From: an uncultured Nitrososphaerota archaeon
GTDB lineage: Archaea; Thermoproteota; Nitrososphaeria; Nitrososphaerales; Gagatemarchaeaceae
Assembly: GCA_963718895.1 (NCBI GenBank)
Contig: CAVRAG010000008.1
Span: 462,605 to 494,604 of the forward strand
Length of the DNA stretch: 32,000 nucleotides
Direction of reading: 5' to 3'
The translations under genes were made by a program, and so were the position numbers. The notes beneath the pieces are model-generated. The model did not search any database. It was not told where the DNA came from and saw nothing but the letters and a program-made list of their open reading frames with translations. Shown here piece after piece: positions 1 to 9,993 of this stretch (positions are counted from its first letter, which is position 1; the number at the start of each line of letters is the position of its first letter).

Positions 1-752
1 ACGCCAAGTCTCTTAGAGGTAACCGTCTCGATTAAGCACGATTGAAACTGAGTGATCTCACCAGGTCACCATGGTAGGTTTGATGGGACAAGTGAGATTT
101 GAACCTAAAGTCGGACTCCCGCCCGGGACACTTGAGCCCACAGGTCGAGTTCCCGCGTGGCCCTTCATGGGGTTTCTTGTTTTTTGCATTTTGAACTCGA
201 GAAGGGATGAACGGGTCCTGGTTGACTTTCCTCTCCTAAACCAAACTGAGAACTGGATGTGTGTACGGTCCTGTTGGAAGATGATGCTGGACTATGCTAA
301 CAAACACATGTTGACAGAACCGAAACCATCTCTTGACGAAGAGGTAATCTCCGAGATAGTCAACACAACTAGGAGTGGCGCATGTTTGATGAATGTTGCT
401 TACTAAACAAAGAAAAATCTATTGTGTCGGCCGTGCCTTCCTTCAAGGCGGGGCCTCACAGGATGGCAATAAGCTCTGCCGTGCTATGGGACAAGCGTCG
501 AAGCCATGGGTCAGCGCTCGTTCTTGGCCGAGTCTATCGCGGGACTCGACGGTCTTCCTTGGGGATTAACGCGCGCACGGCTAGCGCTTCCCGCCGCCTC
601 TGGAAGGGTGGCGAAGTAGACATCTAGGATGTCCTTGTAGCAGTTCAATCCCCTTGTTCCTCCGAAAAACGTCCCGGGGGGTTAGTCAAGAGACTGATGC
701 CCTCCCCCTAGGGTCCCGGAGCGATCACTCTCCATGACCACACATTCTCAAG

Positions 753-2084
753 CTAGATGCTCGTGACGATCAGATACGTGTTGAATATGAGGATCAGGGT
801 GACGCTGACCAACGCGGCGAGCGTCGTGGCGTGACTGTTCACGAACTCCCCCATGAACTTCTTCTTGGAGGTGTAATAGACGAGGGGAATCATCGGCAGG
901 GGGATCATCAGGCTCAGGACTACCTGACTGTAGACAAGCAGGTGGAGGGGATCGATTCCCAGCAGGACCGCGATGGTGGTGGGGAAGACGTTCACGAATC
1001 TCGTCACTATTCTCCTCGCCCAGATGTTCCAATGCTTGCCGATGAGCCCTTCCATTATCACCTGGCCCGCGATCGTCCCGAGGGTCGACGACGAGAGGCC
1101 CGATGCGAGAAGGGTCACGACGAAGACGGTGCCGACCACCGGCGCGAATATCGTCCCGAGCTGCGTCACAGCCTGCCCTATGGTGATGTTCACGTTAGGG
1201 TAGAGGGGAATCGCGACGAGCAGTATGCCTACGTTTACGATCCCGGCGATCGTCAGCATCACCACCGTCTCCCACTTATGGAGGTTCAGCGTCCTGTGTC
1301 TCTCCTCCGGTGTGAACTGATTGTCGCCCTCCTTCGCCCCGGGGATCTTCCTACCCGTGAGGTCCATCTTGTTCTTCGCCAGCCAGGAGTGAACGAACAG
1401 GGCGTGGGGCATCACTGTCGCCCCGATTATTCCTACCACCAGAAGGAGAGCGTCGCTGCCCAGAGGGGCGATCGTGACCGAGTGGATTGCGACCTGGCCC
1501 AGATCGGGCTTGACGACGGCCAGCTGCCAGAGGAACCCGACGACGAGGACGCTGACGAGGAGCATGAACATCCGTTCTATGATGTGGTATCTCCGAGTCA
1601 TCAATGTCATTATCAGCAGCACGTCCAGGGCGCCGAAGATGGCTGCGTACAGGAGAGGCACCCCGAAGAGCAGGTTCAGGGCTATCACGGTCCCGAGATA
1701 CTCTGCTAGGTCGGTCGCAGTCGCGGCTGCCTCCGCGGCCAACCAATAGGGCACCACGAAAGCCTTTCGCACCAGCGAGCTCTTGACGAGTTCGGGCAGG
1801 GATCGGTCGGTGGCTATCCCGAGCTTGCCGGACAGGTACTGGAGAATCATGGCCATCGCCGAAGCGAGCCAGACCGCCCAGATGAGGTCGTACTTGAAAC
1901 CGGCCCCGCCGGCCAGGTCTGTGCCGTAGTTGCCGGGGTCCATGTACGCTATTGACACCATCAGAGCTGGGCCTAGGTAGACGAGGAAATCGTGAAGACG
2001 ACGGCGGGCCTCAGTCGGAGGCCGGATGGTTCCCTTGATGATGTCCTCCGGCGGTTCAAGTGTCCTCCTCTTGGGTCCACGCAT
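753..2084 (-). CDS. mntH: NRAMP family Mn2+/Fe2+ transporter (copy 1)
   Basis: 443 aa multi-TM ORF with the NRAMP signature [25 protein letters not shown] and MPHALFVHSWL in helix 6. Confidence 0.93.
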   Translation of the reverse strand: MRGPKRRTLEPPEDIIKGTIRPPTEARRRLHDFLVYLGPALMVSIAYMDPGNYGTDLAGGAGFKYDLIWAVWLASAMAMILQYLSGKLGIATDRSLPELVKSSLVRKAFVVPYWLAAEAAATATDLAEYLGTVIALNLLFGVPLLYAAIFGALDVLLIMTLMTRRYHIIERMFMLLVSVLVVGFLWQLAVVKPDLGQVAIHSVTIAPLGSDALLLVVGIIGATVMPHALFVHSWLAKNKMDLTGRKIPGAKEGDNQFTPEERHRTLNLHKWETVVMLTIAGIVNVGILLVAIPLYPNVNITIGQAVTQLGTIFAPVVGTVFVVTLLASGLSSSTLGTIAGQVIMEGLIGKHWNIWARRIVTRFVNVFPTTIAVLLGIDPLHLLVYSQVVLSLMIPLPMIPLVYYTSKKKFMGEFVNSHATTLAALVSVTLILIFNTYLIVTSI

Positions 2085-2117
2085 CTACTCATGGAGACGA
2101 TAACATATGTATTTAAC

Positions 2118-2131
2118 TTAGATGTATCTAA
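2118..2131 (-). promoter_or_regulatory. candidate DtxR/MntR-family operator upstream of NRAMP copy 1
   Basis: TTAGATGTATCTAA, inverted repeat (6 bp arms, 2 bp spacer), directly upstream of a TTAAAT TATA-like element about 30 nt before the ATG. Confidence 0.65.
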
Positions 2132-2237
2132 CACTTATCGAGATATCTAATTTATTTAGACTGACATAAACCTCTTTGGCGGTCCTAATCCCTTCGAGGT
2201 CTGGGTGGAGGCTGCGAAGAGAGTGTTGTTCGTCAGG

Positions 2238-2366
2238 TCAGTCCTCACAGGTCCCGCACAGCTTCGGCGGGAGGAAGTGCATTACGCCGTTGCTGTCGCG
2301 GTAGACCTCGTAGTCCTCGGTTTTGAGCTTGCGTGCGGGTTCTTTCTCTTTCTTCGTCTCGGTCAT
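2238..2366 (-). CDS. possible 42 aa small protein with a CxxC motif near the C-terminus
   Basis: Manual reading: MTETKKEKEPARKLKTEDYEVYRDSNGVMHFLPPKLCGTCED. Charged, low-bias composition, below the ORF-track length limit. Confidence 0.3.
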   Translation of the reverse strand: MTETKKEKEPARKLKTEDYEVYRDSNGVMHFLPPKLCGTCED

Positions 2367-2876
2367 GGAGGCTCGGGAGCGCGGCCGAGGCTATAATGAC
2401 CGGATTGCAGTGTAGTAGCTAGCTCGAGAGATAGCTGAAAGTGGGCGAGCGGGAACGTAACTTAGTCTGCCCTCTGTTCGAGAGACCTTATCCAATTTCC
2501 GTCGTTTTCGGGTAAGGTATGTCGGTCATTGCAACCGTTGACGTCGGCTATCATCACCAGTCAGGCCGGACCCAAGTCCACAACAACGTTCTGAACCCCG
2601 AAAACCGGTTCTCTACCTCCATTTGTTCAAGCACGGTTTGTCGTTTCGCAATTCCTCCTTAAACGCGTCCGCCCGCTCTGTTGATGGATTCAGCCGGTCC
2701 CCCGTTCTTCCTTCCAGGATCGGACGCTATTCCCTGACTGAGGATCTATCCCCGCGGCGGCGCTCGTCTCCAACGGGCGGATAGTCAATAACCTCTGTAG
2801 TCCAACATGTGACTTGAAAATCAATCAGACCAGAGGTGAGAGTTCGACGGTGAACCCAGGAAAGCCAATCGCCCTC

Positions 2877-3317
2877 TCACGTTTCCAGCTTTTCTGCCAT
2901 CGCAGCCAAGTAAGTCTGATTTTTCCGAAGAAAGTCCACCATCCGCTCTATCTTGTGAATTGTCATTGGGTGCAGGTAATGTTCGATTCCTTCAGCATCT
3001 TCGTCCGCCACCCGTTTCTCCACGTCGATCATGGATAGAAACTCTGAGATTATTGCATGTCTTGAGATTACCGATTTTGCGATCTTCGCGCCCTCGTCCG
3101 TCAACCTGATGCTTCGGTAGGGCTCGTGCACCAGGTAATCCTTTGCGGCCAGTCTCCGCAGCATAATAGAGACCGTTGGGGGTCTGACTCGAAGCTTCTC
3201 TGCGATTTCTGCCGTGCTTGCATAGCCCTTTTCTTGGATCAGATGGTAGATTACCTCGAGGTAGTCTTCCAGCCTCGAATTCCCTCCTCGCTGCTCAGCC
3301 TGGTTAGCTCCCGCCAA
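2877..3317 (-). CDS. DtxR/MntR-family metal-dependent transcriptional regulator
   Basis: SRLEDYLEVIYHLIQEKGYASTAEIAEKLRVRPPTVSIMLRRLAAKDYLVHEPYRSIRLTDEG plus a helical domain with E/H residues (AEGIEHYLHP). TTG start. Lies between two NRAMP genes. Confidence 0.88.
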   Translation of the reverse strand: MAGANQAEQRGGNSRLEDYLEVIYHLIQEKGYASTAEIAEKLRVRPPTVSIMLRRLAAKDYLVHEPYRSIRLTDEGAKIAKSVISRHAIISEFLSMIDVEKRVADEDAEGIEHYLHPMTIHKIERMVDFLRKNQTYLAAMAEKLET

Positions 3318-3374
3318 TTCATCCCTCGCTTGCAGAGAAGCAGGTAGCCGCGCATTAAAAGGGTTTTTGAAAAG

Positions 3375-3388
3375 TTAGGCGCACCTAC
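3375..3388 (-). promoter_or_regulatory. candidate DtxR/MntR-family operator upstream of the regulator gene
   Basis: TTAGGCGCACCTAC on the + strand, same TTAGR-N4-YCTAM layout as the sites before both NRAMP genes. Confidence 0.5.
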
Positions 3389-3412
3389 AAAATGATGAGT
3401 ACTATAATCATG

Positions 3413-3426
3413 TTAGAGTCATCTAA
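3413..3426 (+). promoter_or_regulatory. candidate DtxR/MntR-family operator upstream of NRAMP copy 2
   Basis: TTAGAGTCATCTAA followed at once by G-TTTAAATA and the ATG at 3462, the same layout as upstream of NRAMP copy 1. Confidence 0.65.
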
Positions 3427-3461
3427 GTTTAAATAACTGATGTAACTCTCTCTCAAGAGCC

Positions 3462-4756
3462 ATGCGTGCGCCTTGGAGTCGGTCTCTGAAATCACCAGAG
3501 GAACTCGAGGCAGAGAAGGAGGAAAGGGTTCGCAACCACATTTCTCCGCGCGCCGTGCTCGTCTATCTCGGTCCCGCCCTGATTGTCAGCATGGCCTACA
3601 TGGATCCGGGGAACTATGGGACAGACATCCAGAGCGGCGCTTCATTCGCGTACGACCTTCTGTGGGCGGTCTGGATGGCCAACCTGATGGCCATGGCGTT
3701 GCAGTACCTTTCCGGGAAGCTGGGAATTGCGACTGGGAAGGACCTCGCCCAGGCTAGGTCCGCGGATCCCTCAAGACGAGGAAGCTAATCATTCCCTATT
3801 GGCTGGCTGCAGAGGCAGCGGCGGCGGCGACGGACCTCGCCGAGTACCTGGGTACCGTCATCGCGCTCAACCTGCTCTTCGGGGTGCCCCTCCTGTACGC
3901 AGCCATCTTCGGCGCGGGCGACGTGATTATCCTCCTGGCGCTGACGTCAAAACGCTTTCGGGTCATCGAATACTTCTTCATGCTCTTCGTTTCCATGATA
4001 ACCATAGGTTTTCTCTATCAGGTAATCCTGATAGGGCCGAACCTGTCTAACATCATGTACCACTCCGTTGCCGTGTCAATCAGCGGCAAGACCGTCCTGC
4101 TGGTGGTCGGGATAGTGGGCGCAACAGTGATGCCGCATGCGCTCTTCGTCCACTCCACGCTCACAAGGAACAAACTGACCACGGCGAGCATTGAGGAGAA
4201 GAGGAGGCACCGGAGGCTACACCTCAGGGAGGTCGTCGGTACCCTCACCATCGCCGGTCTCGTCAACGTCGCAATCCTCGTCTCGGCCGCGGCCGCTTTT
4301 CATGCCAACTACAGCGGTGTATCCACGATCAACCAGGCCTACGAAGTGATGGTGCCTCTGTACGGCTACCTTGCAGGTACCGTATTCGCACTGACGCTGC
4401 TCGCTTCGGGCCTCGCTTCTTCCACCACGGGCACGCTGGCGGGCATGGCCATGATGGATGGGCTGTTGGGGACTCATGTAAACAAGAACCTCCGTAGGAT
4501 CGTGACGAGATTGATCAACGTCTTTCCCACCACGATCGCCGTCTTGATAGGGCTCAATCCTCTGTCACTGCTGATTTACAGCCAAGTGATTCTGAGCCTG
4601 ATGATACCACTACCGATGATTCCTTTGATTATCTACACGAATAGTAGAAAGGTGATGGGCGAGTTCGTGAACAGGAAGATCACCACGATTCTTGGGATTC
4701 TCTGTGCCGTCACCATCATCTCCCTGAACATCGCGCTGCTCTACAACGCGCTTTAG
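3462..4756 (+). pseudogene. NRAMP family transporter (copy 2), interrupted by a frameshift near 3753-3760
   Basis: ORF 3462..3788 ([25 protein letters not shown]) and ORF 3884..4756 (MPHALFVHSTL) are two parts of one NRAMP protein. The second frame reads back to 3758 ([32 protein letters not shown]). Could be a pseudogene or an assembly error. Confidence 0.85.
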
Positions 4757-5086
4757 GGCGTTGATCGGGCAGCAGGTCACAGGTACCCTCAAGGCGCTGC
4801 TCCTATGGGGACGTCGGAAGCGGGTGGTAAGAGTGATCGAGTTCTTTCCCACCCGCGAAGACTATGCGAAGAAGTTCGGCACCTGACCTTTACGAGAAAA
4901 CCTTCCAGGGTTCCCTGATGGGATTCCCACCTTCGCGCAGAACTCTCGAAAGCGAGGGTCCTTTCGCAGCTCTTCGAAGAATGGGAGGTATCTGATCAGA
5001 TAGTGCCAAGAGTGTGTCTCGGTCTGGTCCACTTGGACTCGGCGGTTCTGGCGACTGCCGATCGGTGCTTCAGGTTCGGACGGGTT

Positions 5087-5584
5087 CTAGGTCTTCACCA
5101 CTATTTCGCCTTGGTGGCTGGGGTGGTAGGAGCAGTAGTATGGGTAGACCCCAGGCTGAGTGAACGTGAAGGTGTACACTTGGTTATGGGACAAGTCTCC
5201 ACCGGAGAATGTTCCGTTCACCGAGACCACATCGTGAACGATCGTATCCTGATTGACCCAGACCACAGTGTTGTTGACTCCAATCATGACCGTCACGTTC
5301 CCGGGCTCGAACTGAGCGTAGGGATATCCCCACCCGTACGGTATGTAGACATAGGTCGCGTTGGGCGGAGGGACAGCCACAGAAGTCGTGGTCGTGCTGA
5401 TTGAGGTAATGCTGCCATAGTTTGTGAAAGAGTACATCTGACTCGATATCGTCACCGTTCGTGAAGAGAGAGGATTGACGTAGACGAATGCGATCGTGGC
5501 GATGATTAGAATCAGAGCAACAAGAGGTCCTCCGTCGCGTTTGAGCGTTCGATTCCTTGTCTCGCGAGAGGTTTCCAAGTTCAC
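5087..5584 (-). CDS. membrane-anchored cupredoxin (type 1 copper-like)
   Basis: N-terminal TM, then VMIGVNNTVVWVNQDTIVHDVVS ... YYCSYHPSHQGEIVVKT (H...C-x2-H). Confidence 0.85.
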   Translation of the reverse strand: MNLETSRETRNRTLKRDGGPLVALILIIATIAFVYVNPLSSRTVTISSQMYSFTNYGSITSISTTTTSVAVPPPNATYVYIPYGWGYPYAQFEPGNVTVMIGVNNTVVWVNQDTIVHDVVSVNGTFSGGDLSHNQVYTFTFTQPGVYPYYCSYHPSHQGEIVVKT

Positions 5585-5962
5585 ATCTCACATTCCGATA
5601 GACTCGGTGTCCGTATTCCAGAAAGCGGTTTGATTCCGCATCGCTGCGTTGGGAGGTGTGGCTATTCCTCCGACTCCCGATCCTGCCTCGCCGCCGAGCG
5701 CGGAGAAGGATTTGTCTTTGCCTGGGCGAGCCAGATATCTAGTAAGGGAAGACAAGAGCTCCAATCACACTTCGGCGAGGCTGTTTGTCTATTTAATCGG
5801 GACGTTTACTTTTGTAATTCACGAAGCCCTGATGCAAGGTACACTGGCCAGTGATGCTTCGGGTACATGGGCGCTGCGCGATTCTCTTTGCTAATCTAAC
5901 GGGGAAGTGAAACAACAGGATTGTGGTTGGACGAACTCATCGCGTATGCGTCGAGAGTGAAC

Positions 5963-6712
5963 TCAACTGTCCAGCGCTAAAGTGTGCGAGTGTTCTCTGA
6001 AGATTTCGATAAAACGCGGTATCAGTTCCGAGTTTCTTTCAATTGAGATAAGATACCGCGGGAGCCGCGATTCCTTGCCCTCCGTCGACGTACGCTCCAT
6101 CATGAATGGCTCACCCCACACTGATAGAAGGCCCTCTTTGGATCTATCACCATTTGTGATTAACCCGAATGAGATATTTCCCAAGTCTTCTGCAAAGATA
6201 GGCTCCCCTAACTTCTCGCGCCCAGCATGATTCTCTAATTTTGGGGTGACAAACTTTTGCCAAAGGATTTTCTCAGAATTCCTCAGTACTATTCTGATTC
6301 GAGTAGTTTTCGGATTAGATAATACGTCGCCCATGAAAGCATCAAAGAGAGTTTGAGATCTGAACATATCCACGCAAATGTTAAACCACCATAGTTCCCC
6401 CACGTTCTTTGCTGTGAATTGGCTGGTGAATGCAACGAGCTGATTTGAGGGGACTAACTTCAAGTCTGAGCTACCTACCGATACTTTGATAGCGCGAATG
6501 TCGTCGATCATCCCCAGTAGCGCTTCATGCTCCTTTCGTGCCTTTGCACCTTCAGCCGAACTTTCGAGCGCGAACACAGCAACTATCAGGAGCGTGAGTG
6601 AAATTATTTCCTGAATAGAAAGAACGCCTAGAGTTTCGAGAACTATGCCTACGACTGCAGCTATGACGAGAGCAATCCTATGCCATTCCAGATCCATTCC
6701 GAGTCCTCTCAT
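5963..6712 (-). CDS. hypothetical membrane-anchored protein
   Basis: 249 aa ORF with N-terminal TM segments (ALVIAAVVGIVLETLGVLSIQEIISLTLLIVAVFAL) and a soluble mixed alpha/beta C-terminal region; no family recognised. Confidence 0.6.
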   Translation of the reverse strand: MRGLGMDLEWHRIALVIAAVVGIVLETLGVLSIQEIISLTLLIVAVFALESSAEGAKARKEHEALLGMIDDIRAIKVSVGSSDLKLVPSNQLVAFTSQFTAKNVGELWWFNICVDMFRSQTLFDAFMGDVLSNPKTTRIRIVLRNSEKILWQKFVTPKLENHAGREKLGEPIFAEDLGNISFGLITNGDRSKEGLLSVWGEPFMMERTSTEGKESRLPRYLISIERNSELIPRFIEIFREHSHTLALDS

Positions 6713-7073
6713 CCGAATCCTTCGATAGTCGATTCTTGTGAGATATGTAAAACTACCGAAAGGTGTCTTCGATTTGCCTTGGGATCCACTGCATTCTAAT
6801 TGGTTTTGAAATCCAAGAGATCGATTGTCATCAGATGCCTAGGATTTAGGTTCCTTCCCCCTCTGGTACTTCTTGTTAACTAGTTCAGGTGGGAATTCTC
6901 TTTTAGCGTTTCGGTTCAGACCCATGGATAGCCTTGACAGGTAAGACAATGTAGAGATACTCCAACGCCTTGTCTACTTCCACTCCACCGCGGCGCTGTT
7001 TGACGTCATGATGAGGAATCCCCAAACGATTTGGGCCAATTCTTAAACGCACTATCAGAAACTAGGACAAGTA

Positions 7074-7568
7074 ATGAACTTGACCGAACTTCTGGAGGCG
7101 GAACATGCTTCTTTGCGCGTGTATTTCAGGCATCTTCGTTATCTGAATTCTGACTTTCTCTTTGAACTCGACGATTTCGTCACTAATTGCCATGCGAAAA
7201 TCGAAGACGAAGTGGTCTTTCCGGAAATGAGGATGGCCCATGGGACCGAGGATAAGAATATTGAGAACATCACAAAGAGAATGGAAGAGGAGCACAAACT
7301 GCTTCAGATGCTCGGGAATAATCTGCGAACAATCGTCGCGGAAGGAAATGAGGAGCTTGACAAGAACAAGGTGCTGCTCTACGCGGATACCCTGGAATCG
7401 CACAACTCAAGCGAAGAAACGCTTCTCTTCCCAAGTTGGGATAAGGTCAGTATTGAGAAGGAAAGTGAAGCGGCTTCTCGGGCTAGGGGAATCATCGACG
7501 GTTACGGGTTTGAACGTTATCTCAGGGTGACGGGGTTTTCACAGGAGTTCATGAACTTGCTGGAGTGA
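7074..7568 (+). CDS. hemerythrin-like (HHE) domain protein
   Basis: 164 aa helical protein with spaced metal-ligand residues: EAEHASLRVYFRHL, CHAKIEDEVVFPEM, EEEHKLLQ, ESHNSSEETLLFP. Confidence 0.8.
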   Translation: MNLTELLEAEHASLRVYFRHLRYLNSDFLFELDDFVTNCHAKIEDEVVFPEMRMAHGTEDKNIENITKRMEEEHKLLQMLGNNLRTIVAEGNEELDKNKVLLYADTLESHNSSEETLLFPSWDKVSIEKESEAASRARGIIDGYGFERYLRVTGFSQEFMNLLE

Positions 7569-8145
7569 CGTTCATTCGGAGATACCGCGTGGCTTGAGGA
7601 CCCACGTCAGGCGGGCTTCATGGCGCCGTCCGGGGGCGCCGCACAATTCTGCCTCTTCGAACGGGGCTGGTGCAGGGCGAGGAAGCTCCCGACCATGTGC
7701 GAGGCTCCTTTCATCGCGACAATCGGCGACAACACATCGACAGACGTCCAGCTCAAGACTCCCTACCTTCTCTTGGTGCCAAAGGCAGGCCGGGAGTGAA
7801 GAAACCAGGGACTTTGGCAACACCGCGCAAGCACTGCTGGCGCAACTCACCGGACCTTCGAAGGGCCAGTCCATAGAGGCGCCTAGGGTGGACGGAGTTG
7901 GCCCGGCGGAGCATCTCCTGCACGAACTCGTCTTTCTTTCCCCAATCCATCGAGGTCATCTGTGGCTGCTACGGCGTGGCTCGCTCCATACTTCAGGACA
8001 CCCCCCGGGGCATTAACCCCGCCGAAGGTCGCTGCTTGTCAGCACCCATACGCGTGGGGCAAGATCTCATCGGCCCCACTCATTCTCGCGATTTCAGGCG
8101 TCTAATCCCAACGGCTAGAGAGAAGGAGGTCAGCCAGGGAAGGGG

Positions 8146-8748
8146 TCATAGCGCGTACCCTTTCTCTATCAGCAGGTCCCTGAATTCGTCCGATTCGGTG
8201 ATGAATGGGTCAAGCGCAGCAAGAATGACTGCATAGACGAACTCCGTCGCCTCGTGGTTCCTCCTGCAAATCGGGCAGATCCTTTCCTCCCCCGCCTCGG
8301 GAAGATAGGAGCGGAGCTTGCTCCTCGACTTGAACTCTTCGAACAGGTCTGAGAGCTCCTTCAGCAACGGAGCCTTCAGCTTGTCCGTGAGGTCTTTCGT
8401 TATTCCCTCGTAGGCGAGGACGTTCATGAAAGGAACGTCTATCCTGTATTTTCCCCAAGTGGTCCTCTCGCACAGGTACCGCTTCTTCCTCTCCTTCGCT
8501 CGCCTCAGGTCACGAGGAAGGATAGAGACGAACTCTAAGCGCCGCAGTTCTTTGAGCGTAGAGTAGACCGCGGATGCTGGTAGTCTAAGCTTCTTCGCAA
8601 TCTCGTCGGCCGAGGCACCCCCCGCGCCCGCGATTCTCACATAGTCGAGGATATTCCAGGTGCTCTCCTTCGAAAGGATATCGGCCTCCAGATAGGACCG
8701 GACCGGGATGTGCGTGAGGTAGGTCTTCGAATTCTCTTTGGCTTCCAA
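8146..8748 (-). CDS. winged-helix transcriptional regulator with C-terminal CxxC motif
   Basis: WNILDYVRIAGAGGASADEIAKKLRLPASAVYSTLKELRRLEFVSIL (HTH) and ERICPICRRNH. Confidence 0.65.
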   Translation of the reverse strand: MEAKENSKTYLTHIPVRSYLEADILSKESTWNILDYVRIAGAGGASADEIAKKLRLPASAVYSTLKELRRLEFVSILPRDLRRAKERKKRYLCERTTWGKYRIDVPFMNVLAYEGITKDLTDKLKAPLLKELSDLFEEFKSRSKLRSYLPEAGEERICPICRRNHEATEFVYAVILAALDPFITESDEFRDLLIEKGYAL

Positions 8749-8851
8749 GTTGCTCAGAATCCTGAATTTCCAGTGATTTTAGTTTTTCGGAACCTAAGAC
8801 GTATATCTGGTCGGCCCTGCAACTCGTTGTGTGATACTAGGGTGAGCGCAG

Positions 8852-9100
8852 TTGTCAATCGGCATTAGCACGCGTCAGGAAGCAGAGATTCTGGACATCT
8901 CGGGTCGGATCGTCAAGGATATCATGCTCGACAACCCGCTCGTCATTCCGGCCGAGGGGATGCTTTTCACTGCGGCAGAGCTAATGGATCGAAGGAACTG
9001 CAATGCACTCCTTGTGGAGGAGCAGGGAAGAATCGTTGGAGTAATCACGAGGAGAGATATTGAGAAGGCATACCTGAACTGGTTGAAATCCCACTTTTAA
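8852..9100 (+). CDS. single CBS-domain protein
   Basis: VKDIMLDNPLVIPAEGMLFTAAELMDRRNCNALLVEEQGRIVGVITRRDIEKAYL. Confidence 0.8.
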   Translation: MSIGISTRQEAEILDISGRIVKDIMLDNPLVIPAEGMLFTAAELMDRRNCNALLVEEQGRIVGVITRRDIEKAYLNWLKSHF

Positions 9101-9379
9101 TGAGCAGTAGTAACCAATCTACACGCTCGGGCCGGGCAGGATTGAAATCCTGGTGTATTCAAGGCTCGTCCGATCTGAGCAGAGAAATCAATGGATGGGA
9201 TAAGAGGAGAACAAGTCCGTCTCGGCGAGGGCTTGGTTCCCCCTAGTCACATGGGGTTGAATCGGGGAAGTCGTTCGTGAGGATACGGTCCAAGGGCTGT
9301 GGGGGACGTCTGAGGCAGCCTTAACTTCCTCCATCAAGAAGGACGTGATGAAAAGAGGTACCGGATTGGAGGGACCAAC

Positions 9380-9967
9380 ATGACGTACAAGAACCAACCG
9401 TCGGAGGCATCGACGAGCAGCACCGAGGTGAGAGCGATAAGAATCCCGAAGAGCATGGGGGAGATTCTAGAGACGGAAGCTCACGCTCGTGAAGTCAGCG
9501 TCAATGCACTGATAACAGAGATACTGAAGAAGTTTGTCGAGTTCGACAGGCACACAAACAGGTTCGAGTACATCTCAATCAGCCGCGAGGCCTTCGAGAT
9601 TATCGTGGGCAAACTGGATGAGGAGAGCGCATTGAAGGCTGGAACCGAGGTAGGCGAAAGGATGCCGAAGGAGATAACCCAGTTCTGGTTCAAGACACTG
9701 AACCTCGAGACATTCCTATCGTTCCTCTCCAACTTCTCCAAGTACGCCAAACTCGCTCGGTACGACATCAAGGTCGACGGGAGGACGTATGTCATCTCGC
9801 TTTACCACGCGATGGGAATCAAATGGTCAATTTTCCTGCGCGGCTATTTCGAGAAATCGATTCCTGCAATCCTGGGCGTGCAAGGAAAGTTTGAGGTATC
9901 CCGCGATATGCTACTACTGAGATTCACGCTTCCTGAGGGCGTAAACCACTCAGTCCCGCGGTTCTGA
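9380..9967 (+). CDS. hypothetical protein with N-terminal ribbon-helix-helix-like segment
   Basis: 195 aa; EVRAIRIPKSMGEILETEAHAREVSVNALITEILKKFVEF followed by an uncharacterised alpha/beta region. Confidence 0.65.
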   Translation: MTYKNQPSEASTSSTEVRAIRIPKSMGEILETEAHAREVSVNALITEILKKFVEFDRHTNRFEYISISREAFEIIVGKLDEESALKAGTEVGERMPKEITQFWFKTLNLETFLSFLSNFSKYAKLARYDIKVDGRTYVISLYHAMGIKWSIFLRGYFEKSIPAILGVQGKFEVSRDMLLLRFTLPEGVNHSVPRF

Positions 9968-9993
9968 GCAATAGTGAGACCGCGCTGTCGTCC

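Noticed and set aside
71-627. Two + strand ORFs (111 and 81 aa) at the window start
   Set aside because: No motif, no convincing start context, and atypical composition; not reported as genes.
831-1709. 292 aa + strand ORF antisense to the NRAMP gene, rich in His/Asp/Arg
   Set aside because: It is the mirror of a clear NRAMP coding frame; composition (HHRGDH, DRDGGGEDVHES) is typical of antisense high-GC artefacts.
7572-8070. Overlapping ORFs on both strands (140 aa +, 100 and 68 aa -)
   Set aside because: None shows a domain or consistent hydrophobic/charge pattern; region may be non-coding or decayed, but I could not reconstruct a family.
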